Shown here: piece after piece, positions 18,033 to 27,171 of the stretch
Position numbering within the stretch: position 1 is the first letter of the stretch
How the letters are laid out: each line of letters begins with the position of its first letter
Assembly: GCA_027026255.1 (NCBI GenBank)
Contig: JALVOT010000004.1
Coordinates: forward strand, 39,061 to 103,060
Direction: 5' to 3'
DNA: 64,000 nt
Source: a candidate division WOR-3 bacterium
GTDB taxonomy: Bacteria > Hydrothermota > Tepidihabitantia > SM23-42
Position numbers and translations under genes: made by a program
Notes under the pieces: model-generated
What the model was told of the DNA's origin: nothing
The model's input: the letters and a program-made list of their open reading frames with translations, nothing else
Databases searched by the model: none

Positions 18033-18435
18033 ATAAAATATAATACATATCCACTTTTTGTCCCGGTTTTTTGTAAACTATGTTATAATATAGCCGGGGG
18101 GCGTCTCGCCCCGAGGCAGGGCGCCTGGCGAGTATGCAACGAGTTGAGAATGACAAACCTCCAGCGGGCGGCGGGAACGCCGCCCACGCTGAAAAAAATG
18201 GAAACGCCGCCCGCACTGAAAAAAAATGGAAACGCCGCCCACGCTGAAAAAAATTGAACCGGACGAAAATAGCAGAGAAATTTTTCAAATGACCAATAAA
18301 ATAATATAAAAAAAGTAAAACGAAGTTGTTGAGTATTTTTCGTCTTAGTTTAATGATTTCAGGGAAGTTTATTCTGTCCGGAATACCGTTGCAATTAATC
18401 CAGGAGGCATAATGAAAAAAGTGGAGAGGAATCAG
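18024..18435. mobile_element. MITE-like element, family A, copy 1 (about 410 bp), between the hydrolase gene and fhs
   Basis: The right terminal inverted repeat AAAAAGTGGAGAGGAATCAG at 18416-18435 is the exact reverse complement of the left repeat CTGATTCCTCTCCACTTTTT seen intact in copies 2 and 3. Here the left repeat is split: CTGATT at 18024-18029, a 19-nt insert, then TCCACTTTTT at 18049-18058. The interior shares about 90% identity with 33939-34247. It contains the GGGGCGTCTCGCCCC hairpin, a GC hairpin capped by a GGAA tetraloop (18162-18191), and a 27-bp tandem repeat. Confidence 0.55.
18176..18258. repeat. Tandem 27/28-bp repeat (AACGCCGCCCRCRCTGAAAAAAATGGA) x3 inside MITE-A copy 1
   Basis: Three head-to-tail units with no spacers, so it is not a CRISPR array. 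Copy 2 carries 2 units and copy 3 carries 1 unit. Confidence 0.5.
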
Positions 18436-18483
18436 AAAACTAATATCTTGACATCGTTTGATATTAATCTATAATCAGTCATT

Positions 18484-20154
18484 ATGAAGACAGATTTGGA
18501 GATTGCCCAGGAAGCAAAATTATTACCAGTAACTGAATTGGCCCGGCAATTAAATATTCCTGAAGACTTTGTTATCCCCTGTGGTCGATACAAGGCGAAA
18601 ATTTCATTAAGGGTTTTTAATCAAATCAGGGCACGAAATAGAAAAAGATTAATTCTGGTTACCGCAATGACACCAACCCCAAGGGGTGAGGGAAAGACTA
18701 CGGTCTCAATCGGTCTGAGTATGGCATTGAACCGAATCGGTAAGTCATCCATTGTTGCCCTGCGTGAGCCCTCCCTGGGCCCGGTCTTCGGGATTAAAGG
18801 CGGCGCTGCCGGCGGTGGATATTCCCAGGTGTTGCCTATGGAGGATATAAATCTCCATTTTACCGGTGATATCCATGCGGTTGGTTCGGCCCATAACCTG
18901 CTGGCGACAGTCCTTGATAACCATATCCATTTTGGTAATAAACTTAATGTTGATGAACGCGAAATCGTCTTTACGCGGGTTATGGATATGAACGACCGCA
19001 GCCTGCGCAATATCGTTGTTGGGCTGGGCGGTAAGAAGAACGGTCCGGCACGGGAAGATAGTTTTATGATTACTGCCGCGAGCGAGGTGATGGCGATTCT
19101 GGCATTATCAGAATCGCCCGATGAACTGAAAGAACGTCTTGATAAAATCTTTGTTGCCTATGATATGGCAGGCGGTCCGGTATTTGCAAAGAACTTTGGT
19201 ATTACCGGAGCAATGGCGGTGCTTTTAAAAGATGCAATTAAACCGAACCTTGTTCAGACCATCGAACACACCCCGGCATTTATCCATTGTGGTCCTTTTG
19301 CCAATATCGCCCACGGCACCTGTAGTGTAGTATCCATAAAACTGGCACAAAGATTATGCGATTATACTGTGGTTGAGGCGGGCTTTGGTTCAGACCTGGG
19401 GGCGGAAAAATTTGTTGATATTGTATGTCGTAATGCCCGGCTTCAGGTCGATGCCGCTGTGGTGGTGGCAACAATCAGGGCATTGAAGGTGCATGGAGGC
19501 GCGCCCAGGGATGATTCTGGAAATTCCCTCGGTTATATAGAAAAGGGAATTGATAATTTAGAGAAACATATTGAAAATATGAAAAAATTTAATATCCCGA
19601 TAGTCATCGCCCTGAATATTTTTAAAGACGACGGCGAGGATGAGATAAAGTTCGTCCAGGACTATTTTTCTTCAAAAAATATTCTGCTTGCCCCGGTTGA
19701 GGTTTTTGAAAAGGGCTCAGCCGGTGCTGCAGAACTTGCAAAGTTTGTTGTTGAAGCGGCAGAAAAAAGAGAAGAGTCCGTTATCCGCCAAATCTATGAA
19801 CTTGATGATTCGATTGAAAAAAAGATTGAAAAAGTAGCATTTGAAATATACGGTGCAGAAAGGGTTGTCTATACCCCGGGTGCAGAAAAATCTATCAGGC
19901 GGATAAATAAACTGGGGCTGGATAAGTTGCCAATCTGCATTGCCAAAACATACAGCTCTCTTTCTGATAATCCCAAACTTCTGGGTCGACCAAGAAATTT
20001 TAAAATTACAATCCGGGGAATAAATATCTCATCCGGGGCAGGATTTCTCGTGCCCTTAACCCGTGAGGTAATGCTGATGCCCGGTTTACCCCGACAACCC
20101 AATGCAGTAAACATCGGATTTGACAGCAACGGCAGGATTATGGGTTTGTTTTAA
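18484..20154 (+). CDS. fhs: Formate--tetrahydrofolate ligase
   Basis: 556 aa. Near-canonical FTHFS N-terminus MKTDLEIAQEAKLLPVTELARQL, the P-loop TPTPRGEGKTT, and conservation throughout. Confidence 0.9.
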   Translation: MKTDLEIAQEAKLLPVTELARQLNIPEDFVIPCGRYKAKISLRVFNQIRARNRKRLILVTAMTPTPRGEGKTTVSIGLSMALNRIGKSSIVALREPSLGPVFGIKGGAAGGGYSQVLPMEDINLHFTGDIHAVGSAHNLLATVLDNHIHFGNKLNVDEREIVFTRVMDMNDRSLRNIVVGLGGKKNGPAREDSFMITAASEVMAILALSESPDELKERLDKIFVAYDMAGGPVFAKNFGITGAMAVLLKDAIKPNLVQTIEHTPAFIHCGPFANIAHGTCSVVSIKLAQRLCDYTVVEAGFGSDLGAEKFVDIVCRNARLQVDAAVVVATIRALKVHGGAPRDDSGNSLGYIEKGIDNLEKHIENMKKFNIPIVIALNIFKDDGEDEIKFVQDYFSSKNILLAPVEVFEKGSAGAAELAKFVVEAAEKREESVIRQIYELDDSIEKKIEKVAFEIYGAERVVYTPGAEKSIRRINKLGLDKLPICIAKTYSSLSDNPKLLGRPRNFKITIRGINISSGAGFLVPLTREVMLMPGLPRQPNAVNIGFDSNGRIMGLF

Positions 20155-20217
20155 AATAATTTTTGCTGATTTATAATAAATTATTGACCCCTTTGAAAAT
20201 TTATATAGAATTGAGGT

Positions 20218-20916
20218 ATGAAGGTCTTTGTCGGTACTTCAGGATGGTATTATGAATGGAACCACGATCACAGTCTGGATTGGTATATAAAAAATTCCAA
20301 TCTTAACGCCATTGAGTTGAACGCATCATTCTATAGATTCCCATTTCCCAATTCGGTAAAGTCCTGGGCGGAAAAGGGTGAAAGTCTGCATTGGGTAATA
20401 AAGGTGAATCGGCTGATTACCCATCAATTTAGATTTACCGTCCGGGCACTAAATACCTGGGAGAAATTCCAGCGGTTATTTTCTCCGCTCGATTTATTAA
20501 TTGATTACTATCTTTTTCAATTACCACCGAACTTTTCTGCCGAAAAAAGAGAGCGCCTTGAGGAATTTATAAAAAAGGCCGATTCAATAAATAGGTTTGC
20601 CTTAGAACCGAGAAACGAAACCTGGTTTAAGGAAGAAATAATTGATTGGGCACGGAGACAGGGCATTACCTGGGTCTCAATTGATGCACCCCGGTTCAGT
20701 CAAAAAATTTACCGAACAACAAAAACTGTCTATCTTCGGATTCACGGCCGAACGGCCTGGTATCGGCACAACTATTCAAAAAGCGAATTAACCGAGATTG
20801 CCCGCCGAATTTTAGAGGAAACTCCCGACCGTATCTATATCTTCTTCAATAATAATCACCATATGCTGGAGAATGCACAGATGATGATGCAGATTCTTAA
20901 GAAACCGGAGCAGTAA
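20218..20916 (+). CDS. DUF72 (YecE/UPF0759) family protein
   Basis: 232 aa. VGTSGWYYEWNHD...YRFPFP motif pattern of DUF72. Confidence 0.7.
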   Translation: MKVFVGTSGWYYEWNHDHSLDWYIKNSNLNAIELNASFYRFPFPNSVKSWAEKGESLHWVIKVNRLITHQFRFTVRALNTWEKFQRLFSPLDLLIDYYLFQLPPNFSAEKRERLEEFIKKADSINRFALEPRNETWFKEEIIDWARRQGITWVSIDAPRFSQKIYRTTKTVYLRIHGRTAWYRHNYSKSELTEIARRILEETPDRIYIFFNNNHHMLENAQMMMQILKKPEQ

Positions 20917-21881
20917 TGCCGGCAAACCTTCCGCCCCAGTATTTTGAAATAGAAAAGAAATATCGGGAAGCAAAGGAATTAAGAGAGAAACTTGTCTATC
21001 TTCAGCAATTACTTGCGGCTGTGCCCAAGCATAAAGGAACTGAAAAACTTCAGGCTGAACTCAAGACCAAGATGTCAAAGTTGAGGGAGCAGATAAAGAA
21101 GAGGAAAAGGTCAGCCGGTTCAGGAGGCTCCTGGTTTCAGGTGGAAAAACAGGGGGCGGGACAGGTGGTAATTATGGGTCTGCCCAATTCAGGAAAATCA
21201 ACCTTGCTCAATACCCTGACAAACGCCCATGCCGAAGTCGGCATATATCCCTTCACAACCAATCTGCCCAAGGTCGGGATGCTTGAATATGAGGATATAA
21301 AGATTCAGATTGTTGATACACCGCCTTTGCATCCGGAGGCACCGGCCTGGTTATTCGGACTCTATAGAAACAGTGACTTATTGCTTGTCGTGCTCGACTG
21401 CCGCAGTGACTTGCCGGCTGATTTTCAGAAGATAAATGAGCTGATAAATGGGCATAATATCTTTCTTAAGAAAGGTGAATTCGGAGATATCAAGGATGCA
21501 ATAATTGTCCTTAATAAAATCGAAACCGAAGGCAGTCAGGAACATATCAACTCTTTTATCAAAAAGTATCAATCTGATTATAAAATTTTTCCAAATCCGG
21601 TAAATGAATCTTCACAACTTTTGATTTTGAAAAGGACAATATTTGAAGCGTTGAATATTATCAGGATTTACACCAAAAAGATTGGTAAACCGATTGTCAA
21701 GGAAGACCCGGTGGTCTTTAAAAATGGAACCACGGTTATTGAAGCCGCAGAATATATCCATAAAGACTTCAAGAAAAACTTGAAATTTGCCCGGCTCTGG
21801 AATGAGTCAGGATATAACGGTCAAAGGGTGGAAAAAAATTATACGCTGGCCGACGGTGATGTGATTGAGTTTCATATCTGA
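20916..21881 (+). CDS. Obg/DRG-like GTP-binding protein with a C-terminal TGS-like domain
   Basis: 321 aa. G1 motif GLPNSGKST, G2 FTT, G3 DTPP. The start overlaps the upstream stop (TAATG). Confidence 0.7.
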   Translation: MPANLPPQYFEIEKKYREAKELREKLVYLQQLLAAVPKHKGTEKLQAELKTKMSKLREQIKKRKRSAGSGGSWFQVEKQGAGQVVIMGLPNSGKSTLLNTLTNAHAEVGIYPFTTNLPKVGMLEYEDIKIQIVDTPPLHPEAPAWLFGLYRNSDLLLVVLDCRSDLPADFQKINELINGHNIFLKKGEFGDIKDAIIVLNKIETEGSQEHINSFIKKYQSDYKIFPNPVNESSQLLILKRTIFEALNIIRIYTKKIGKPIVKEDPVVFKNGTTVIEAAEYIHKDFKKNLKFARLWNESGYNGQRVEKNYTLADGDVIEFHI

Positions 21882-22824
21882 ATTTGATATGTCAGAAATC
21901 GGTGAAGAAAAAATTATTGATTATATAAAAAAGAGATTTCCGAAGAGAAATAAAGAAATCTCAAAGGGAATCGGTGATGATGCTGCAGTTTTAAAAAACG
22001 GTTTGATAATATCGACCGATTCTTTTTACGAACATATCCATTTTAAATTTAAATATTTTGATATGTATGCCGTAGGCTATCATTGTCTCAGCGCAAGTCT
22101 ATCTGACCTGGCAGCAATGGGGGCACGGCCGATTGCGGCTTTAATTTCGCTGTGTCTTACTCAAAGGATTATGACCCCGGACATCAAGGAGTTATACCGG
22201 GGGTTTCAAACTCTGGTCCAGAGATTTAATTTTGATATCGCCGGCGGCGATATCGTGCAGGGTCCGGGCTTCGGCCTGACAATTACGGTTATTGGCCAGG
22301 CAAAAAAACCGATGATGCGGTCAGGTGCGCGACCGGGACAAAATCTATATATCACAAACTTTCTTGGTCTGGCTGAAACCGGCAGGATTGTCTTGGACCA
22401 GGGGCTGACCAAAAAAAGATATCCTGACAGCGTAAACAAACATCTGTTTCCCGAACCCAATTTCAAGGATGCCCGAATAATCAAAAAATTCGCCACCGGA
22501 TGTATTGATACATCCGATGGTCTTTCTACTGATGCCCATCATCTTGCTAAAGAGAGTAAGGTGAAGATTGTGCTTGAAGGCACCCATATCCCTATCCATC
22601 CTGAGGTCGGCATGCTGTGTGCCCTGAAAAAAATTGAACCAATAGATTTTATCCTTTCTGCAGGTGAAGATTTTGAACTCCTCTTTACTGCCGATGACCT
22701 ACCGAAAAGATTAAAATTAAAGATATTCAGGATTGGTCGGATTGAAAAGGGAAAAGGGGTCTGGCTATCTTATCAGAATAAGATTACACCCATTGAACAA
22801 TCCGGATACGACCATCTCTCTTGA
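21865..22824 (+). CDS. thiL: Thiamine-monophosphate kinase
   Basis: 319 aa. AIR-synthase-related fold with GIGDDAAVL and the DxSDGL pattern. The true start may be the internal Met at about 21889. Confidence 0.7.
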   Translation: MSFISEFDMSEIGEEKIIDYIKKRFPKRNKEISKGIGDDAAVLKNGLIISTDSFYEHIHFKFKYFDMYAVGYHCLSASLSDLAAMGARPIAALISLCLTQRIMTPDIKELYRGFQTLVQRFNFDIAGGDIVQGPGFGLTITVIGQAKKPMMRSGARPGQNLYITNFLGLAETGRIVLDQGLTKKRYPDSVNKHLFPEPNFKDARIIKKFATGCIDTSDGLSTDAHHLAKESKVKIVLEGTHIPIHPEVGMLCALKKIEPIDFILSAGEDFELLFTADDLPKRLKLKIFRIGRIEKGKGVWLSYQNKITPIEQSGYDHLS

Positions 22825-22951
22825 AAATCAAAAAACCGGGATTTCCCGGAGAATTTACACCGAACAAATCAGACGGCATTAATCAGTAAAACCTGTGCTG
22901 GATATAATTGTATCATCTTGACTCAAATTACATTTTGGTTATTATTAAAGG

Positions 22952-23965
22952 ATGAAAAAGAAAAATGTCTTTAGCGGAATTCAACCGTCGGGGCGACTTC
23001 ACATCGGTAATTATGTGGGTGCAATGCGTAATATGATTGACCTGCAGGATGAATATTTTTGTATCTACGGGATTGTTGATTACCATGCAATGACAGTCCG
23101 CTTTGACCCCGAAGAGATGACAAAGAGCATCTTTAACTGCACCATCGACTATCTTGCGGCTGGTATTGACCCGGAGAAGAGTATCCTTATGCTTCAATCA
23201 ACCGTATCTGAACATACTGAACTGGCCTGGGTTCTAAATACCATCACCCCGATCGCCTGGCTTACCCGGGTTCCTACATTTAAAGAAAAACAGCAGGATA
23301 ATCCCAATTATCTTAATATGGGTCTGCTCGATTATCCGGTGCTGATGGCTGCAGATATCATTCTTTACAAGGCTGAAGTTGTTCCTGTGGGTGAGGACCA
23401 ATTACCGCATTTAGAATTGACCCGGGAGATTGTGCGGCGTTTTAACTCTTATTTTGGTGAAACATTTCCCGAACCCAAAGAAAAACTTGGTGCGGTGAAA
23501 AAAATTCTTGGTCTGGACGGTGTTAATAAGATGAGCAAAAGTCTTGATAACTGCATTTATCTCGACGAAACAAAAGAAGAAATCTGGAAAAAACTTTCCA
23601 CTGCGGTTACCGATACAAGACGAAAACGGCGCGCTGACCCGGGTAATCCTGAAGACTGTAATATCTTTACCATGCACAAGGCGTTTTCAAAGAAAGAGGA
23701 TATTGATTATTGTGCCCGGGAATGTCGGCATGCCGGTATCGGCTGTCTGGATTGTAAAAAGATTCTCCTTGATAATATAGTTGCAGAGCTTAAACCAATT
23801 CAGGCGCGAAGACAGGAACTTCTAAAGAAAAAAGATTATATTTATGAGGTTTTACACGACGGTACAATCCGGGCTAAAAAGATTGCCCACAAGACAATGG
23901 ATGAAGTTTACGAAAGGATCGGTATCAAGCTCTATCATAATGCAGGCCAGAATAAACTGTCTTGA
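22952..23965 (+). CDS. trpS: Tryptophan--tRNA ligase
   Basis: 337 aa. Class I HIGH-like GIQPSGRLHIGNY and KMSKS (VNKMSKSLDN) motifs. Length and pattern fit TrpRS. Confidence 0.9.
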   Translation: MKKKNVFSGIQPSGRLHIGNYVGAMRNMIDLQDEYFCIYGIVDYHAMTVRFDPEEMTKSIFNCTIDYLAAGIDPEKSILMLQSTVSEHTELAWVLNTITPIAWLTRVPTFKEKQQDNPNYLNMGLLDYPVLMAADIILYKAEVVPVGEDQLPHLELTREIVRRFNSYFGETFPEPKEKLGAVKKILGLDGVNKMSKSLDNCIYLDETKEEIWKKLSTAVTDTRRKRRADPGNPEDCNIFTMHKAFSKKEDIDYCARECRHAGIGCLDCKKILLDNIVAELKPIQARRQELLKKKDYIYEVLHDGTIRAKKIAHKTMDEVYERIGIKLYHNAGQNKLS

Positions 23966-24038
23966 AAGACAGAGCAATGTGATTATAATGATTAATAATT
24001 TATGCAGAATATTTACAAAATAAGGAAAACTATAAAAA

Positions 24039-24926
24039 TTGAAAAATAAAACTTATTCTGTTTTTGACCTCCATTGTGATACACCAATAAATATTTACCA
24101 AAAAAAATTCGCTCATATTAAACCTGAATACTTATCTACGCAGCATTATCTTGGTGCGGTCTTCGCCCATTTTATCCATCCCGAAAGAAAATTTCCGTTT
24201 GTCGGTGCCGTCAAACTTTTATCGTCAACAATCCATTATATTGAAAAAAGTAAAAACCTCCGGGTGATAAGGTCGCCCGGTGAGATAGACAAGCACAAAA
24301 CCAATATCATTCTGGGAGTTGAAGGAGGGCATATCTTTGACAACACAATCAAGCAGATAGAGGTATTATATGATTTAGGGGTGAGGGTCTTCACGATTAC
24401 CTGGAACAATTCAAATAAACTTGCCGGTTCGGCGCTGGATAATGATAAAAAAGGGTTAACAAAAAAAGGGAGGTCTTTTGTCAAAAAAATGGGGGATCTT
24501 GGAATTGTTATTGATCTTTCCCATGCCTCAACAAGAACCGCCCTTGATGTCTGCGAAATAGCCGAAAATGGGGTAATCGCATCTCATTCCTGTGTGCGGG
24601 ATTTGAACCCATCATATTTGAGGAATATCGACGACCGCGCAATCAAGGCGGTTGCAGAATGCGGTGGTGTGGTGGGAATAAATTTTTCCCGATATCATCT
24701 GGGTAAACATTCAGTGTTTGAACATATCGATTATTTAGTTAACAAATTCGGTATTGATATTGCCGCCATCGGCAGCGATTTTGATGGGATTAATGATCCG
24801 GTGATACCGGACCCCTCAGGGATAGAACAACTTGCTGAAGCGCTTTCTGGAAACGGCTATAAAATATCGGATATTAAAAAGATTTTTTACGGTAATTTTT
24901 TAAGGGTCTTTTCGGAAATTAAATAA
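24039..24926 (+). CDS. Membrane dipeptidase (peptidase family M19)
   Basis: 295 aa. Starts at a TTG codon. VFDLHCDTP zinc-binding motif and M19 pattern throughout. Confidence 0.8.
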   Translation: MKNKTYSVFDLHCDTPINIYQKKFAHIKPEYLSTQHYLGAVFAHFIHPERKFPFVGAVKLLSSTIHYIEKSKNLRVIRSPGEIDKHKTNIILGVEGGHIFDNTIKQIEVLYDLGVRVFTITWNNSNKLAGSALDNDKKGLTKKGRSFVKKMGDLGIVIDLSHASTRTALDVCEIAENGVIASHSCVRDLNPSYLRNIDDRAIKAVAECGGVVGINFSRYHLGKHSVFEHIDYLVNKFGIDIAAIGSDFDGINDPVIPDPSGIEQLAEALSGNGYKISDIKKIFYGNFLRVFSEIK

Positions 24927-24929
24927 AAA

Positions 24930-25002
24930 TGGAGGTGAGCGGATTCGAACCGCTGACCTGTGCGTTGCAAACGCACTGCTCTCCCAACTGAGCTACACCC
25001 CC
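24930..25002 (-). tRNA. tRNA-Ala (anticodon TGC)
   Basis: Reverse complement reads GGGGGTGTAGCTCAGTTGGGAGAGC...TTGCAA anticodon loop...GGTTCGAATCC. It has the G3:U70 Ala identity pair. No CCA is encoded. Confidence 0.85.
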
Positions 25003-25028
25003 AAAATTTTTATCCCAAACAGGTATCT

Positions 25029-25910
25029 TTAAAACCGACCGAAATCTAAGTCGATTCCAGCCCCACTGATAAATGTAAGGTCCTTATTAAAAAACCTGTC
25101 TTGATTTAACTTAAAATCGATATGGAATTCCCGAATTCTAAATCCGATACCTGCTTCAATATGCCATTGCGGTGTTTCAAAGCTGTTAACGAAATTTTCA
25201 TTAAACCCAAGGAGTAAAACAAATCTGCGGTTCAGGGGTAAATCCAGACCCGCATAGAAATGGGTGGAATCATTTTCGATGTCGCCCCGACAAAAATCAT
25301 ATTCATAGGCGATAAAGACAAATCCTTCATTAAGAATAAAGCGCTGAAGCATCAAACCAATCTGATGGTGCTGATAATCAAAGGGCGCTTTATAATAGTG
25401 TAATCTGTAGCGCGGAATAACTGTATAATCATCCATCTGTTTGAAGAAGCGGAGATTGAGATTATACCACTCATCATCAGCCTGCCCATTAATCAAAAAT
25501 GAAAGATCAAACCCCCGATTGAAGAATCGTCGGCCGATACTGAATCCATATTGAAGATGGTCTTTAACCGGAACAAATAAAGCCCCGAATCTGAACCTGA
25601 AGAATCTGACACCATAACCGATTGTAAATTCATTATTACCCCTATCAGGTTTCTGCCAGATGCCCAGACATCCATAGCGCGGCACCGGAGCGATTGTAAT
25701 TCCAAAGGCACTGGTGGAGCCGGTTATATCACCATAGAGTTGATTCTGGTATATGGGCAGCTGTTCAGGATAGAGCGCGGTATTGACAATATCATCAATA
25801 TAATCTCCGACAGCAAGGACCTCCATTCGGGTATTATTCGCCCATAATAGCGAGATGCCTATAAACCCGATAATTAGAGTTATCTTTTTCATAGTCTGAT
25901 TATATTCCAC
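25029..25910 (-). CDS. Hypothetical secreted protein, probably an outer-membrane beta-barrel
   Basis: 293 aa. Signal peptide MKKITLIIGFIGISLLWA. Alternating amphipathic pattern, Gly/aromatic-rich, C-terminal Phe. Confidence 0.45.
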   Translation of the reverse strand: MEYNQTMKKITLIIGFIGISLLWANNTRMEVLAVGDYIDDIVNTALYPEQLPIYQNQLYGDITGSTSAFGITIAPVPRYGCLGIWQKPDRGNNEFTIGYGVRFFRFRFGALFVPVKDHLQYGFSIGRRFFNRGFDLSFLINGQADDEWYNLNLRFFKQMDDYTVIPRYRLHYYKAPFDYQHHQIGLMLQRFILNEGFVFIAYEYDFCRGDIENDSTHFYAGLDLPLNRRFVLLLGFNENFVNSFETPQWHIEAGIGFRIREFHIDFKLNQDRFFNKDLTFISGAGIDLDFGRF

Positions 25911-25976
25911 ACCGGCAAAAAGTCAATAAGAATTTATGACCCATTGACCTGACACAGAGATTGGTTATAATACATT

Positions 25977-26831
25977 ATGAAGCGGTTAATTATTTTACTC
26001 TTTATCATCGCCGTCATTTATGCAGATCGGGGAATGATACCGATAATGTCCGGGGTTCAGATATATGAACCCATCCAGAGGGCAATGATTGCCTGGAACG
26101 GTGATGAGGAGATTCTTCTTTTGACTACCGATTTAAGGGCATCAGATACCAGTAAGGTTTTAGAAATTCTCCCCCTTCCTTCAGAACCGACAGTAAAGAA
26201 AGGAGAGTTTAAGACCCTGGAAAAGGCGATTCAATTGATAAATCGAAAGACCCACAGGGTAATCGCCCGGGGTGAAAAAGGGATACCCCTACCCGGCGGG
26301 GAATTGAGGTTTCACAAAAAGATCGGCAGTCATAACATTTCGGTGATTCATCTGATTAATGCTGAAAAATTTATTGAATGGGTTGAAGATTATTTAAAGA
26401 AAGCTGGTTATGAAAAGATTGAGATTTCTGATAAGATGAAAAACCTGGTCGGACAATACATAAAAGACGGTTTTGAATGGTTTGTCTTTGATATTATCTC
26501 TTTACAGAAAGAACTCCAGTCCCGTGTCCCGATCCAGTATCAATTTAAGACAAAAAATCTATTCTTCCCTTTAAGGATAACAAACACCAATTCAGGTAAT
26601 ACAACAATCAGACTTTTAATCCTGACCCCACGACTTTTGAGCAGATTCCCGGGTTTACCAGTTAAAAACATTAAACTTGTCCATCGGCCGATAACCATTG
26701 ATGACAAAGAACTTGAAGAATTGAATAAAGATATGTTTTATCTGCTTAAGAATTATAAAAAATTAAAACTCAGAATCTGGAGAATTTCTGCACCCCTTGA
26801 ATCGTTTGCTCAGGATCTGATTGCCCGATAA
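25977..26831 (+). CDS. Hypothetical secreted protein
   Basis: 284 aa with an N-terminal signal peptide MKRLIILLFIIAVIYA. No recognisable motif. Confidence 0.4.
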   Translation: MKRLIILLFIIAVIYADRGMIPIMSGVQIYEPIQRAMIAWNGDEEILLLTTDLRASDTSKVLEILPLPSEPTVKKGEFKTLEKAIQLINRKTHRVIARGEKGIPLPGGELRFHKKIGSHNISVIHLINAEKFIEWVEDYLKKAGYEKIEISDKMKNLVGQYIKDGFEWFVFDIISLQKELQSRVPIQYQFKTKNLFFPLRITNTNSGNTTIRLLILTPRLLSRFPGLPVKNIKLVHRPITIDDKELEELNKDMFYLLKNYKKLKLRIWRISAPLESFAQDLIAR

Positions 26832-26843
26832 TTATCTACTCAG

Positions 26844-26917
26844 GGTGAGTGAGGGGACTTGAACCCCCAACCATTGGAGCCACAGTCCAATGCTCTGCCA
26901 GTTGAGCTACACTCACC
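26844..26917 (-). tRNA. tRNA-His (anticodon GTG)
   Basis: Reverse complement reads GGTGAGTGTAGCTCAACTGGCAGAGC...anticodon loop CTGTGGC...GGGGGTTCAAGTCCCC. G-1 is encoded. Confidence 0.8.
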
Positions 26918-26922
26918 ATAAA

Positions 26923-26994
26923 TACCCCGCACAGGACTTGAACCTGCAACCCACGGATTAAGAATCCGTTGCTCTACCATTGAGCTAGCGGGGC
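26923..26994 (-). tRNA. tRNA-Lys (anticodon CTT)
   Basis: Reverse complement reads GCCCCGCTAGCTCAATGGTAGAGC AACGGA-TTCTTAA-TCCGT ...GGTTCAAGTCC. Confidence 0.8.
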
Positions 26995-27007
26995 AATTTT
27001 ATTAGTC

Positions 27008-27081
27008 CGCGCCTGGAGGGAATCGAACCCCCAACCTACGGATTAGAAATCCGTTGCTCTATCCTGTTGAGCTACAGGCGC
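27008..27081 (-). tRNA. tRNA-Arg (anticodon TCT)
   Basis: Reverse complement reads GCGCCTGTAGCTCAACAGGATAGAGC AACGGA-TTTCTAA-TCCGT ...GGTTCGATTCC. Confidence 0.8.
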
Positions 27082-27171
27082 CCGCATCCGATAAAAATGG
27101 TTTATTCAGAACCAGATGATTATACCCGGTTAATTTCAATTGTCAATTAGAAATTAAATACAAATTAAAAT

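Noticed and set aside
18176-18258. Possible CRISPR array (repeated 27-bp units)
   Set aside because: Units are directly adjacent with no intervening spacers. There are only 1-3 units, inside a dispersed repeat. No cas genes are present.
18019-18288. 89-codon minus-strand ORF (and the similar 52559..52750 ORF) encoding ...PPPAGGLSF...
   Set aside because: Both lie entirely inside family A repeat copies. The shared peptide is a by-product of repeated GC-rich DNA. Copy 2 does not preserve the frame.
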